Shown piece by piece: positions 39,048-52,205 of a stretch of 64,000 nucleotides of DNA; the first letter of the stretch is position 1, and each line of letters opens with the position of its first letter. The position numbers and the translations under genes were made by a program. Source of the stretch: Octopus sinensis. Its lineage: Eukaryota. Below the pieces are notes generated by a model. That model searched no databases, was not told the DNA's origin, and saw only the letters and a list, made by a program, of their open reading frames with translations. The DNA is taken from assembly GCF_006345805.1 (NCBI RefSeq), contig NC_043000.1:27280001-27344000 (forward strand). Direction: 5' to 3'.

Positions 39048-39790
39048 GGAGATGTACTTGCATAGCAAGTGATTTGATCTGAGATCGTGTGCTGGAACGA
39101 AAACAATTGCAGCGTGGAAGGTGTTTGTAAACCATTTAAGAAATACACAAAAGCCGTTCGATTTACTTCAACATTTAAGTTTAATTTATCAAAATATTTT
39201 CGTCGCTATGAGATGCAGCACGGATTTTTGTCAGTGAACAGGTTGCGGTCTTATAGCAACGAAAATATTTTGACAAATTAAGCTTAAATGTTGAAGTGAA
39301 TCGAACGGCTTTTGTGTGTTTCTTAAATGGCTTACAAACACCTTCCACGCTGCAATTGTATATATGTGAATTTGCTACCCAGGTATCGGTTAACCGAATT
39401 ATCCATACTAAGATAATTCATTCAACTACTTATATATATACACACAACATAAGATATACTTACATATACGAACGTCTATACTTACATATATATGCACGTA
39501 TGTACACGACCAGTTTAAATTGCTCGCCTTAAAGCTCCCCTTGTGATATGGTCAGAATAAACACCGCAGTGAATATAATGACGAAATAAATATATAAATT
39601 TATAAATAAGGATAAGATCGATATTTAAATATCGATCTTATCAAGTGACCAGCATGGGAATAAAAACCTTTCAATGGTAATAATTATTTAAAATTATAAT
39701 TTAGGGTATCTGAGAGATACCACCACTCTGTGGCTTTAGTGTCACATTTTGACTGCTATTTTCAGAGATTGGCGGCTGGATTTAAATAGT
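38700..39790 (-). mobile_element. pLTR-like family P3 pieces with variant HHR (38921-38979), interrupted by a fold-back element
   Basis: Homologous to 46890-47335; ATTCCA-CTGACGA...GAATC...GATC-TGGAAT. Confidence 0.6.
39103..39359. repeat. Fold-back element with ~110-bp imperfect arms
   Basis: 39103-39212 vs 39249-39359 are reverse-complementary with a few mismatches. Confidence 0.9.
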
Positions 39791-39994
39791 TGTAGGTCAT
39801 TAACTCTTGAAGGTGTGAAAGCCAGTTTTGTGTGTTTATACAGTAATAATAAGTAGAAATTTCGATGGTCCCAAGAATTCTAAACAAGATTAGAGAATAA
39901 ATCTTCCGGTACCTTTGACATTAATTATTCTACAACATTCTACAATAATACCTTTAAAATGTACTAATAATTAACGCTTCCGTTTACTGTACAA

Positions 39995-40650
39995 TATTTT
40001 AACTTTGGCACGAGGTTAGTAACTTTTGAGGGAAAAGCTAAGTCCATTACATTCGTGCTTATTGCTCAATTGGAAATTATTTTTAGGAGTACGAAATGAT
40101 AAAATGCAACGCCGGATGAAATACCGCTAAGCATTTTATCAGGCGCAGTAACGATTCTGCCAGCTCGCCACCTTTCATGATGCCCTATAATATTATTAGT
40201 TTCAAATTTTGGTACAAGGCCAATGAATCCGTGGGGTGGAAGAGGCAAATCGATTACATTGATCCCTGTACTCAGCTGGTACTTATTATTTTATCGACCC
40301 CCAAAAGATAAAAGGCTAAACCAACTTCGGTGGAATTTGATCTCGGAACATAAAAACGGGCAAAATGCTGCTACGAATCTGACCCGGCATACTAAGGATT
40401 CTATCAGCAGCTACTTTTGGTGATACGCCATAACACTGGTTTCCAATTTTGGCACATGGTCAGTAGGTACGGCGAGGGGCTAAGTTCACTGAATCGAATC
40501 CAATGTTCAACTGTTACGTATTTTGTCGAATCCGAAAGGATGGAAGACAAAGTCAATTCCATTCACATTGGAAGAAAGAACGTAAAATCGGAAGAAATTC
40601 CGCCAAACATTTTTGCATGGGGCGGTAACAATTCTGCTTGCTAGTCGCTT
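39995..40650 (-). mobile_element. Three tandem, old SINE family A (A2) copies
   Basis: Repeated TTTGG(C/T)AC..GG tail, GAAATACCGCTAAGCA and CTGCCAGCTCGCC remnants. Confidence 0.6.
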
Positions 40651-41416
40651 TTGACGGTGCTCGATTCTATTAACAACACCAGGCAGTTTTATATCTAGAA
40701 ATAAACCTAATGCTTATTAACTGCGTTTGTCTAGAGTAATCTGTAATGAATTAGGAGCCAGAAAACAGAGCAGCGACTTCATATGGAAATTGTTGACTCA
40801 GTGGAGGGTATCTAAAGCATGTAGAAATGCAGGGAATTGAAATCCGGAAGAAAATAGGCTTTGTTGTATTGGGGATCTCCATGCGGTTAAACTGTTTGAT
40901 AATTTTATCTTTCAGCGCATGTTGTGCCGATTCTATTATATTTATTTATGTTTTACTAAAACTTCTGCTTATCAATATCCTACTGAGTCGTTCTGTTGAA
41001 GATGAAGCGCAATTTTAAATCTCTTCTTAGCAATGCAGTTGGCAGTGCCCTCAGCTGTGGTTACACCTTTCCTAAAATCTGATTGTGTGAATGAAGAAAC
41101 GAAAAGAAACAAAAAAAAAGCTTATGAAAGACAGATTATGCACACATCACCGCCGATTATTTCTTTTCCCTGCATGCTGCAACATCTTGTAATAAATACA
41201 AAATAGTTATACCGTCTCTGTCTGTCTCTCTGTACACACATGCATACATACAAACATGCAAACATACATGCATACATATATACACACTCACACACATATA
41301 AATGCATATAAATGTGTGTGTGTAAACTCATATATATGCATAAATATATAGGCATATTTATACATGTATGTATACATAAATATATATATATACAAACATA
41401 TATATATGTATATGTA

Positions 41417-41575
41417 TATACGATAGTGTATATTTATACACATAAGGAATCCACACTTAGGGTGAAATTCAACACATAGAACCACAAAAATTACGGATAA
41501 GATTCGACAGGAACAAAATTTGGAAATGAAAAACATTGTGGATTCCTTATGTGTATAAATATACACTATCGTATA
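41417..41575. repeat. Perfect 39-bp inverted repeat with 81-bp spacer
   Basis: 41417-41455 is the reverse complement of 41537-41575. Confidence 0.9.
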
Positions 41576-41724
41576 ACTAATATATAGTCTTCTTGACTAA
41601 TTTTTTACACATTAGACCACTGGAAATGTAAATTTTGATTGAATATTTTAAATTTAATTAAATTTCATTTCCCTTTTGATATGATGTATATGTATATATG
41701 TATATATATATGTGTGTGTGCTTG

Positions 41725-41903
41725 TCGATTTTTTTCCTCTGTCTTCCCTTCTCGTGATCTTTCTCTTCTCCTATGTTTCCGACGAAGAGCTCCGCTCGAA
41801 ACGTTAAACCCTCCTTCTTCCCTTCTTTCCTCAGCGTCCAATAATACTTTATTTGTTCCACGTCCTCGCGTTGTTGTGTTTTTGTTTTCTTGTTTGGATT
41901 AAC

Positions 41904-41905
<2 letters not shown>
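41725..41905 (+). mobile_element. Solo pLTR (family P2) with HHR motif at 41775-41809 (U4C)
   Basis: GTTT-CCGACGA-A GAGC TCC GCTC-GAAA-CG-TT-AAAC; 3' end TGTTTGGATTAAC-(TA)n also seen at ~8890 and, inverted, at ~37800. Confidence 0.7.
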
Positions 41906-41954
<49 letters not shown>

Positions 41955-42473
41955 GTGTGTGTGTGTGTATTTATGTTTATATAGATACGAGCCTGCGTGT
42001 ATGTGTGTTCCTGCATGCACATTCCTGTGAAAACGCTGTAGAGTGTATACTGTACATCCAATTTTCATCGAAACAGATCATATTGAGCAGCAACACAATA
42101 TTCATAATTTTTTTGTGGCTGCTACAATGTTCTGGTCAAAACCGAAGCCGTACTCCCAGCTAAAGAACGAATCCGATATTCACTAATTTCATTTTTTAAA
42201 TTTGGCTTATGTTATAAAATCACCTAATTGTGTGATAATCTGAAGATGTAGCATACGGTCCTGTTACTCTGGTTTTATACGAATAATAGGTGCTTGAACG
42301 TATTCAAAAATACTCTTATTAGAAAATAATGAACTATGTAAGACATTTTAGAATATGATAATTTGTATAAGATGAGCCGTAAAACTTTGGTCGATAAAGG
42401 ACGTCAGGCCGTAATTTCGAAGTCGCCTGTACAAATCTTCTTGTGAATGTTTCATAAACATAACATGTACACT

Positions 42474-42528
<55 letters not shown>

Positions 42529-42530
<2 letters not shown>

Positions 42531-42731
42531 CCATGTTGATTCGTTAGCTACTGCACGCATTTTTTTTCTCTCCTTCTTTCTGTGTTTTTCTCTCTCTGTG
42601 TATCTTTCTGTTGAAGAGCGTAGGCTCGAAACGTTAAAGACTTGTTTTATTTATATTTCCTGAGCGCCATACTAATACAATTGTCTTCCACCTGCCTTCG
42701 TCTTTTGTTTATTTTCATAAAGCTTCCCGTT
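42529..42731 (+). mobile_element. Solo pLTR (family P1) in (TA)n with HHR motif at 42603-42640
   Basis: TCTTT-CTGTTGA-A GAGC GTAG GCTC-GAAA-CG-TT-AAAGA; near-identical to 36679-36890. Confidence 0.8.
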
Positions 42732-42783
42732 ATATATATATATATATTGGAACACGGGGAAATAAGGAGAGAGAAAATTATAT

Positions 42784-42873
<90 letters not shown>

Positions 42874-43399
42874 TATATATATAAAGAAAGACAGAAAGGG
42901 TGAGAGAGAGGGAGAGAAAGAAACATCCAGACAGACTGAGAAAGAATGAGCAACAAAGAGAAATATCTTTCTTCAAAGTATCTACTAAATATCCCTTAAC
43001 AGATTATGTTACGGTTTTAGAAAGCGGGCATGGCACCCTAGATGAAGTTGATTTGTTCGAGCTGATTTGTTTTAAAAAGTAATAATAACAATAGCACAGA
43101 ACTATTCACAGATATATAGATGGCTATTAAAATCGTATTAAAGTCAATTATTCTTTTTCTCTATGCAAAGTACTGTGAATAAAATAATCCTGTATCCGTA
43201 TATATATTTAAGAGGTAGAAATAACAATTTACTCTTTAATGTGTTAAAGATTTTAACTTAAAATGATTAGATTCTGGAAATCACATGCACATTTATTTTC
43301 TCCAGTTTTTACGCTTCTCAAAGGTATAATGGTCTTTTCCAGAAATTGAAATTGAAAATGAAAATGCTTTGTTTAGTCTGATAAAGAGAGTACAGTTGT

Positions 43400-43720
43400 T
43401 ATAAATGTGTGGTAGTGTTCACAAAACTTGTAAAGTCTTCAACTCGGTCTGAAGAATTCTAATGCAGTGCAAAGTTGAATTGAATTTCCTTTTCAATTAG
43501 GCAAGTTACGTTTAAATCTTTGGAAGAAATCTGATCGATAAATTGCTTCTTATCACTTGTAAGTTCTCCTTCGTGTATCCATTTGATCATTCTATCCTTA
43601 TTTGCTCTTAATGATGGTCTATCAATCATTCATTACATGAGTAATCAATTTTGTCATTACTAACATCACTTTATTACCCTGTCAATTTCTGCCGTTCACA
43701 ACCCGAGACCAGTTCTACTG
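43400..43720 (-). pseudogene. Highly decayed PLE reverse transcriptase N-terminal remnant
   Basis: With two single-base frame corrections reads DKGNKVMLVMTKIDY (PLE ADKG..VV...DY motif), then DRMIKWIHEGELT. Confidence 0.4.
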
Positions 43721-44381
43721 TATCGTATATAATTGTGTAAAGAATTGAACGAGTTACGACACATTATACTTTGTAGTTCACTGAATCGCTGTTTAAATGT
43801 AGCATTTGACACAGATTTATCTTGTCTGTTGTGTAACATACCTTACGTCTTTCTTTTGATTCCTTTCCAAAGACTATCCATTTAATCTCATATTAAGTTC
43901 TTAATGGGGGAATCTAAATGTATCTATTCACACATCAATGTTGTTTCGTTGACACATTTGAACAAGACCTACACAGGCAAATTAATAGGCGGCAAATCTA
44001 AAGAATTATATTTAAATCATGCAAGCCTGTCAAAGGCGGTTATACATCATCTCCTTGGACTTAATCATGATATTGAATACTAGAAAAATAAACGGTCTGC
44101 TTCTGAAGTGCAAATTTACCAAATAAGCATTTAGGAAGATGCATTGTATTGCCATCCAAACACAGAGGATACAAATTAAAATTAATTCTTACAATACAAT
44201 GAAGAATCTCTCTGCAAATTTATGGGTTGATTTTATTAAATTCCACCAGGCTTTTATATAATTTCTCATTGTCATAATTGATTCTTACCACAAACTCATA
44301 CACAAAATTTTGTTTGAAGAAAAATTCCATCGATAAGCTCTATACCGAAAAGATCTAATGCAGCATTGTCTTGTCGGTATA

Positions 44382-44614
44382 TATTTCTTACCTACCCACA
44401 AGGGGCTAAACACTGAGGGGACAAATAAGGACAGACAAACGGATTATGTCGATTACATCGACTACAGTGCATAACTGGTACTTAATTTATCGACCCCGAA
44501 AGGATGAAAGGCAAAGTCGACCTCGGCGGAATTTGAGTTCAGAACGTAATGGCAGACGAAATACGGCTACGCATTTCGCCCGGTGTGCTAACGTTTCTGC
44601 CAGCTCGCCGCCTT
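44382..44614 (-). mobile_element. SINE family A monomer
   Basis: Full unit; TSD TGTCTTGTC(G/A)GTATA at 44367-44381 and 44616-44630. Confidence 0.9.
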
Positions 44615-45930
44615 ATGTCTTGTCAGTATAACCCGCAATATACATACATATACTATTACATACATACGTATATATGCGGATACATATTAGAATATGTAAT
44701 TGTGTATATGTGCGTGTGTGTGTGCGCGGGTTTACATATGAATGTTTGTAATATGTTCAATGCGCAACACGGAGTTTTTTTTTATGCGAAGCTAATGATT
44801 ATTTTATAGTTACACTGAGTTTCTGATTCCCTATTATTCACTGAAAGGAAACCGAAATGACACACACAAGAACAAACATGGGCAAAATAGGGAACTATGA
44901 TTATGATCAGTCATCTAGATTTGAATCTTTGACACAATAACATTAGAAAATATTTCCCACATATGGGAACCTGTGATATAATTCATCACATACTGGACAA
45001 CACTAATATTTAAAAACGAAAAAGAAACAAACGAAATATTATGTAGTATAATCCATCATATATTTTAAATGTCATTCCAATGTTGTCAGGATTATCATAA
45101 GACTTATGCGTAAGCATGTCCTTTAGGGAAATCCGTACAAAGACTACAGGATCCATGCACATATTCACATGGATATACGCATGATGTTTTCATATTTTCC
45201 ATATCATATCTATAAGACAAACAAAGGCAAGGAGAGGTGCTATTGTTAAAAGAGTTTAGCATGGATGAATAGGTAAATTTTAATTTTAAGAATATGTGAC
45301 AATTTTCCCTGCATGGCGCATCCATTAAGAGGGAAATAAAGTATTTTATGTAGCAATTATTGTTAGGTGATTCTGTAACAATTCACCAAGTCCAATGTTC
45401 TATTCTAAATTGCAGAGGACTAAAGTAGGATATTGTTCTCTGATAAAGTTCTTCCTTTTCGGAGCATGTAATATAGAAGGACGCGTATTCTTTGCCAGAC
45501 CATTAAAATAATAATTGATATTATTATCATCCTGTTAACCTCGTATATATTTGGGTAGTAAGCTAGTTCAGTGTCCTTCCGAATATCTGAATGTATACTA
45601 CGACCGTTGAAATTTGTAGGGATTTTCAGTAAGCACTTCATATAACTATATGTTTGACTGTTATTTACAGGAAGGGCATTTATTCTATAGTCTAATAATT
45701 CTTTAGAAAGGCACATGTCATTTGCAAGGAAGACGTTTAATCCGTTGCAATTACATACAGAAGAGTCTGACGTGCTCATACTGGAATAAAATCTTTTACA
45801 GGTTTTGGGGGCTAATTATAGCTCACTTTATTGCTTTATGCACATTCATATTCAAATCTACATAATATATGCATGCACACAGAGATGCACCCTCACACAC
45901 ATACACAGATTCACACGCACGCACACATAC

Positions 45931-46092
45931 AGGCGCAGGCTTGGCTGTGTGGTAAGAAGCTTGCTTCCCAACCACATGGTTGCGGGTTAGTCACATTACG
46001 TGACACCTTGGGCAATTCTCTCTAACTATAACCTCAGGCCGACTAAAAGCTTGTGAGTGGATTTGGTAGACGGAAACGGAAAGAAGCTCGTA
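45931..46092 (+). mobile_element. SINE family B 5' half
   Basis: GGCTGTGTGGTAAG..CCTTGGGCAA..GTGAGTGGATTTGGTAGACGGAAAC. Confidence 0.75.
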
Positions 46093-46155
<63 letters not shown>

Positions 46156-46158
46156 CAT

Positions 46159-46208
<50 letters not shown>

Positions 46209-46804
46209 ATTTGTGTGTGTTTGTAATTAAGATTGAGTACCAGTTGTGTCCTGGGGTCCATCTTATCGACTGGCCCACACCCCAAAATTACGAGCCTTGT
46301 TTCTTTAGCAGAAAAACACAAGGTTTCCTTCGAATTTGTACAATACGATATTTATGCCTTATAATTTTTAATATTTATTATTCAAATTCACCGCTTCTTA
46401 AAAAGAGCCGTTACATGAAACGACCAATAAAATTCAAAATGTTGTTCCTTCAATGTGAATTGCATGATAATGTATTATAAGTACAACATATTTCTGAACG
46501 AGGTATAGACAGCGATTGCACGACAATGTGAAGTATTTGCATTGGGACCCCTTCGCTTTGAAGACCGGTGAATATCGTGCGCTGATGACGGGAAAATACG
46601 CAGAAACACGGGTCCGTGCGTATCACTCCAGGTCAACGATGGCAAGGATAGCTTCACTTTGCAAGAAAGTGTATCGATAGCCAGCTGCAGAAGATATTCT
46701 CCTGGGGCTACAAGCTACAGCAACATCCACCCTTAGTGGCTAACCACATTTAGATGGCAAATATACTTCACATACATAATACAAACATATACATACACAC
46801 ACAC

Positions 46805-46876
<72 letters not shown>

Positions 46877-46889
46877 GTATATAAATATA

Positions 46890-47335
46890 GTTAAGATTGT
46901 TATTTAAAAACCGATCTTATCTGGTGGCGAGCATGGGAATAAAAACCTTCAAAGGTTTATTAAAATTAAGAGATACCACCACGCTGGAAATAGCACCCAA
47001 AACTTGACTCTGAAACCACATTAAATACTCATACAGCAGGAGAGAAGCCAAAAAGACAAAATAAACTAGCAAAAAAATATTTAAACTGGTCGTGTGCATA
47101 CGTGCATATATATGTATCTGAGTATATTCCACTGATGAAGGTAGAGCATTTCTTATGCCGAATCAGAATTCCGGGATCTGGAATTATCCAGTAACCTTTG
47201 TTTTTGCTAGTTTATTTTGTCTCTTCTCTACTGGTGCTGTATGAACATTTAATGTGGTTTTAGAGTCAAATTTTGGCTGCTACTTCTAGCATGGTGGTAT
47301 CTCTTAGATACCCTACATTATAATTTTAGATATAC
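46890..47335 (+). mobile_element. pLTR-like family P3 with inverted arm and variant HHR (47126-47184)
   Basis: 46965-47078 is inverted relative to ~47190-47320; ATTCCA-CTGATGA-AGGTA..TGCC-GAATC..GATC-TGGAAT. Confidence 0.65.
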
Positions 47336-47879
47336 ATACATATATATATGTGTGCGTGTGTGTGTGTATGTGTGTGTGCGTGTTTGTCGATATGTATGCG
47401 CGTGTGTATGTGTTTTTGTGTATATGCGTGTATTTCTATATGCGTGCGTGTATACGTTTTTGTGTGTGTAATTGCATGTACAACTGCATATAGGCTGGTA
47501 TGTATATGTGTATACATTTCATGACTGAATACGTGAAGGGTGGAGTGCACATCAGAATATTTGTTTGTGTATGGGTGAAGAGAATGCACTAGCACGCACA
47601 GGGATCCAGATAGAGGGAGAAAGACAGAAAGAGAGATAGTGAGTGAGAATGAGAGAGAGAGTAAGAGAGAGAGAGAGAGAGAGAGAGCGGGAGAGATGAT
47701 AGTGGTAAAGAGAGAGGGGAAAGTTAGTGACAAAGAGAGAAATGGGAACAAAATGAGACATACTGAAAGAAACAATTTTGTAAAGAAGAATGAACAATAG
47801 AGAGAGACAATAACGTGTGTAAGGGAGGTGAAGAGGGAATGGCTTGTTTGAAGCATACAGCTATATTATATTATTAATT

Positions 47880-48130
47880 CCGATACAGGAAATCACGTTT
47901 ATTACAAAGTGAATCGAACGTTGTGCCTTATTATCTTCAATACTATTGAAATGTGGATGCTGTACTTTGGTGTTCTATGGAATCAGGTTAGGTTATTGCA
48001 ATAATTTATACGTGGATGACCTCACTTTGGGGAAATTCACAAGAAATGAAAGCATTTTTGCTAGTGGTCAGCATTTCGATATCAGTAGAAATGCGGAAAT
48101 ACTGTTGATTAAATTCTATCCAACTACTCA
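47880..48130 (+). pseudogene. Possible decayed BEL/Pao-type RT fragment
   Basis: NNLYVDDLTLG followed by ESIFASG..SRNAEIL, resembling BEL YVDD.L.G...F..GGF...SN..EIL. Confidence 0.3.
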
Positions 48131-48566
48131 AAAGAAATAGGTAAGAAGTACTTTAATAACGACTTATGGTCTTCAGTACAAGGCTTGATGACTGAGAGGA
48201 AATTATATTTTCTGCCGCTGGTCAGCTGGTATTTAAACCAGTCCATTGAAATCAATGCCTGTGTAAACTGAATTGTTGAAATCACTGTTACTAAAGAAGC
48301 ATATTTGAGACTGACAATAAAGTATGCTGACGGTTTAATTTCCTCCTCGTCACCCCTTATTACTTTAGATAACCATATAAGGTGTCCTCTTCTCAATGGA
48401 TATAATCGGTGCTTTAAACATGTGGATACAGTGTAAATAAATGAACACGCATCGAAGGACACGTGCTTCGTAGTAAATACATTGTTTTGTATATCGGAAC
48501 AGATATAATCGCTTGGTATTAAGCAATATACTAAGATAGACTTAACTTGGCTACTTAGTGTAGATG

Positions 48567-48948
48567 TGGAGGCGCCATGGCCCAGTGGTTATGGTAGCGG
48601 ACTCGCAGCCATAGGATCGCGGCTTCGATTCCCAGACCGGGCGTTGTGAGTGTTTATTGAGCGAAAACATCTAAAACTCCACGAGGCTCCGGCAGAGGGT
48701 GGTGGTGAGTCCTGCTGTACTCTTTCACACAACTTTCTCTTACTCTTTCAACTTGTTTCTGTTGTACTTGTATTTCAAAGGGCCAGCCTTGTCACACACC
48801 GTGTCAAGCTAAATCTCCCCGAGATCTAGGTTAAGTGTACACGCGTCTGTGGAGTCCTCAGCCACTTGCACTTTAATTTGACGAGCATGCTATTCCGTTG
48901 ACCGGATCAACTGGAACCCACGTCGTCGTGACCGACGGAGTGCCACAA
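48567..48948 (+). mobile_element. SINE with family C head and a different tail
   Basis: Head, GGCTCCGGCAGA and CAACTTTCTC shared with 24107; tail CCGTTGACCGGATCAACTGGAAC..GACGGAGTGCC shared with 38175. Confidence 0.75.
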
Positions 48949-49649
48949 CTTATTGTGGATCATGGCTAAACTGTTAAAAGGTTAGACGTGCAATTATGAA
49001 ACTTCGGGTTCGATTCCACGGAGTAGTATTTTGAATTCGCAGGCCAAGCTTCAATGAAATTCCTTCCTGATGATTACAGCAAGGATACGTTTTAGGTAGT
49101 AAGTCGTTAAAATATCGGACAGCGTTATTCTCAGTGTTTTTCGATTCCCGCGTTTCGAGTTGAAATAACTAAGGCCAACTTTATATTTCATCTTTTCGGG
49201 GTTGAAGTAAAAATACCAAATCAAGGCGTTGCTTGTATTGTACTATTTTAAAGTCGGAGTGAATGCCTTATTATATTTATTCGAGCTCTTTAAGGTTCAT
49301 ATTCAAATCCCACCATGGCATACCGTGGTGGCACACTTACCATTTCGTCCTGTTTAACGTCAACATCTAACACCTTAGGTGCCTTTAGCGGAGTCATCTC
49401 TGTTCAAGCGTTCCGACCGAGTTTCCATTTGAGGGGTTTTTTTTACACTCACTAGTGTCAGAGGCCCTGCAATATGCAATGGGAACAACACTTCTTCCTC
49501 ATGATAGGTAAAATAAAAAGAAGTGTCTGTAGAATATCTTTCAACTTATACGGCAAATGTGAAGGTAAATTAGTTAATCAAAAGCGTAAATTCTCACCGT
49601 CGAAACCGATGTAGATCCCGCACAAAAAGAAAAGAATATTAGGATAGGT

Positions 49650-50030
49650 GAGGCGCGCAGTACTGATATTTTGAGAGGGAAGGAGCTTTGAATGAAGCAC
49701 AAGATAAGGGCCTTCTCAGAAAACTACTACAAGCATGTAATGAGCAAATGATATGAAATGATTGCCGGATATAATGAGATTAGGAAGAAACAATTGACTA
49801 CATTGTCACTGGCTGTCCACCCAAGCCAAAAGAAAATTCTTCTTCTGGATAGTAAGACTTATATATACAGAAAATGATACCAGCTCCATGAAACACGACA
49901 TGAAACATCACCATGACACTGTAAAAAAAAAAAAAACATTAAAAAACGAAAAAGCAACCCTGTTCTTTGGATAGGTTAGCCCACACATACATAGAGATCA
50001 AGGCCAATTCGTTGGTTAAGGTTTCATGAT
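49650..50030 (+). mobile_element. Old R4/Dong-like remnant
   Basis: EAQD, EETIDYIVTGCP, EIKAN fragments across frames. Confidence 0.5.
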
Positions 50031-50487
50031 CAACCTAGCAATCCTAGCGAAAGACGATGATTTATTAAAAGAAATACAAGAAACAAAACTTGATATGTAG
50101 GCGGTGCTCCAGCATGGCCCCAGACTCTGCCTGAAACCAGTGAAAAGAATAAAAGAATAGTAAAAATCGAAGAAGTGAGGTATTAATTATTGAAAACAGA
50201 TTTAATCTATATAATATTAAGTGCCTTAGGAGTTTAGACGGTTACAGGTACATACATAATCACTACATACACATATGCACAACATACAAAACATAATACT
50301 TCCACGAACTGGAATGTTACTAAGTTAAGTGCTACTAATACGGCAGAAACGTACAAATACAGAACAAAATATTGCATGAGACGAGACATATGAAGGAGCA
50401 ATTGGCTCTCAAGTGTAGGCGCTTATTGATGATAACTACTGAAACAATAATAATAATAATAATAATAATAACAACAACAACAACAAC

Positions 50488-50544
<57 letters not shown>

Positions 50545-50569
50545 TATTATTATTATAATAATAATAATA

Positions 50570-50650
50570 ATCTGTAATATAGTAAATGAAACCATTACCC
50601 ATATCACGAAGGAATGTCCTAGACTTTCCCAAAACATGCTGATTATGCGT
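50570..50650 (+). mobile_element. R4/Dong-like zinc-knuckle micro-fragment abutting (AAT)n
   Basis: CNIVNETITHITKECPRLSQ resembles C..C...ET..HI..EC..LAQ. Confidence 0.5.
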
Positions 50651-51761
50651 AAACAACAGCAGTTGTAGTAGTAGTAGCAGCAGCAACAGTAGTAGAATCA
50701 GTGCATATAGTAGCAGTAATCGCAATATTTGTTGTTGTTGTTGTTGGTGGTGGTGGTGTGTTGGTAAAAATATAATTTACGAAACAATATTTCGGAAACA
50801 CTTATCAAAAGAGGATAGAACGGGGTATGTGTGTTTGTGTATATATTTGTATTTGTCTGGATAAATGCGTGCGTCGAACAATAATACTTTCTATTGGTTA
50901 CATTTTGAGTTAATGTCAAGGCAAGTCAGTGTAAGCTGGAAACAAATATAACCATTCGATATTTAATTATTAGCAGGCTATGTACTAGGAACAAAATAAC
51001 CGACTGGAATTCCTATAGGCGCTGCTCCAGCAAGGCCACACTTCATAAACAAGCTAGTGAAAGAATAAAAGAATAACCATTACGAGAGGAAGATAAGTGA
51101 GACTCTAATATTGGATGACAATGTCTAAACGTTTTAGAATGATTTGATATGTGACAAGAATTACATGTAAATTTTGATACAAGGTTTCGAAGATCACACA
51201 TTTGATGTTAATAAATGACATTGAATGATTAACAAATGAAAAATTAATCCATTCTCCTTTGGAAAATGTTGCTGTCTTTTCTCGACGGATTTAAATAGAA
51301 TTCAATAATTCAAATTTTATTGTGCAATTTGAATGTGAGAACAATGGATGAGAGACTATATATTCCTGTAGAATAGGCGTATGTGGATTTGTTAAAACCA
51401 GGTTTCACCGAATTCTCAGAAGTCCTCGACTAGTATCGAAGAAGATAATCAATTTTGTCAGAAACTGCTGGGAAAGCAGGTTCAAGAGACAGGATGCCGT
51501 TCAAGAATTTGGACCTGGAGATCTCCATTTCCAGCGACTTCGACGGCCAAATCCCAGTGGTATCGGGCGTCAACGAGGAGCCCACGACTACAACAAGACG
51601 ACCAAAGTTTTTTTTTTCAAGGTCTGGGTTCTCCCGCCTCTAAGCCCTAGACCATCACCTAATCACCCTTACCCGACTTATTGCTTGACAACAACAAGAG
51701 ACAGGATGAATGATGCAGAAAGATTGATCATTTAGGATGATAGACACACCCTCAATGTATG

Positions 51762-51915
51762 GGAGTGGTTTTGCAGTAAGAGGTTTGCTTCTCGAAACAC
51801 ATGGTTCCGGATTCAGTCCCCCTGCGTGGCTCTTGGGCAAGGGTCTTCTACAATAGCCAAGGGTCTACCAAAGCCTTGTGAGTGGATTTAGAAGACAGAA
51901 ATTGAAAGAGGCCCG

Positions 51916-51986
<71 letters not shown>

Positions 51987-52205
51987 TACACACACTTACA
52001 CAAACTCCCTCGCACACACTGATTTACAACCAGTGTTGGACATGCATCCCAGCAATTTAGCTGTTCGGTAAAAGAGGCTTATAAAATAAGAACCAGGCTT
52101 AAAATGCGATTAAGTACTGGGATCGAGTCATTCGACTAATATTCATCAAGGTGGGTGCCCCAGCATGGTCGCAGTCGAACGACTTAAACAAGCAAAAGAG
52201 ACAAG
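51762..52205 (+). mobile_element. SINE family B, diverged full-length copy
   Basis: Head, (CA)n middle, tail AAGGTGGGTGCCCCAGCATGGTCGCAGTCGAACGACT. Confidence 0.75.

Noticed and set aside
46582-46620. CTGATGA...GAAA-CACG GGTC CGTG hammerhead-like string
   Set aside because: No U16.1/NUH site and no convincing stem I or II.
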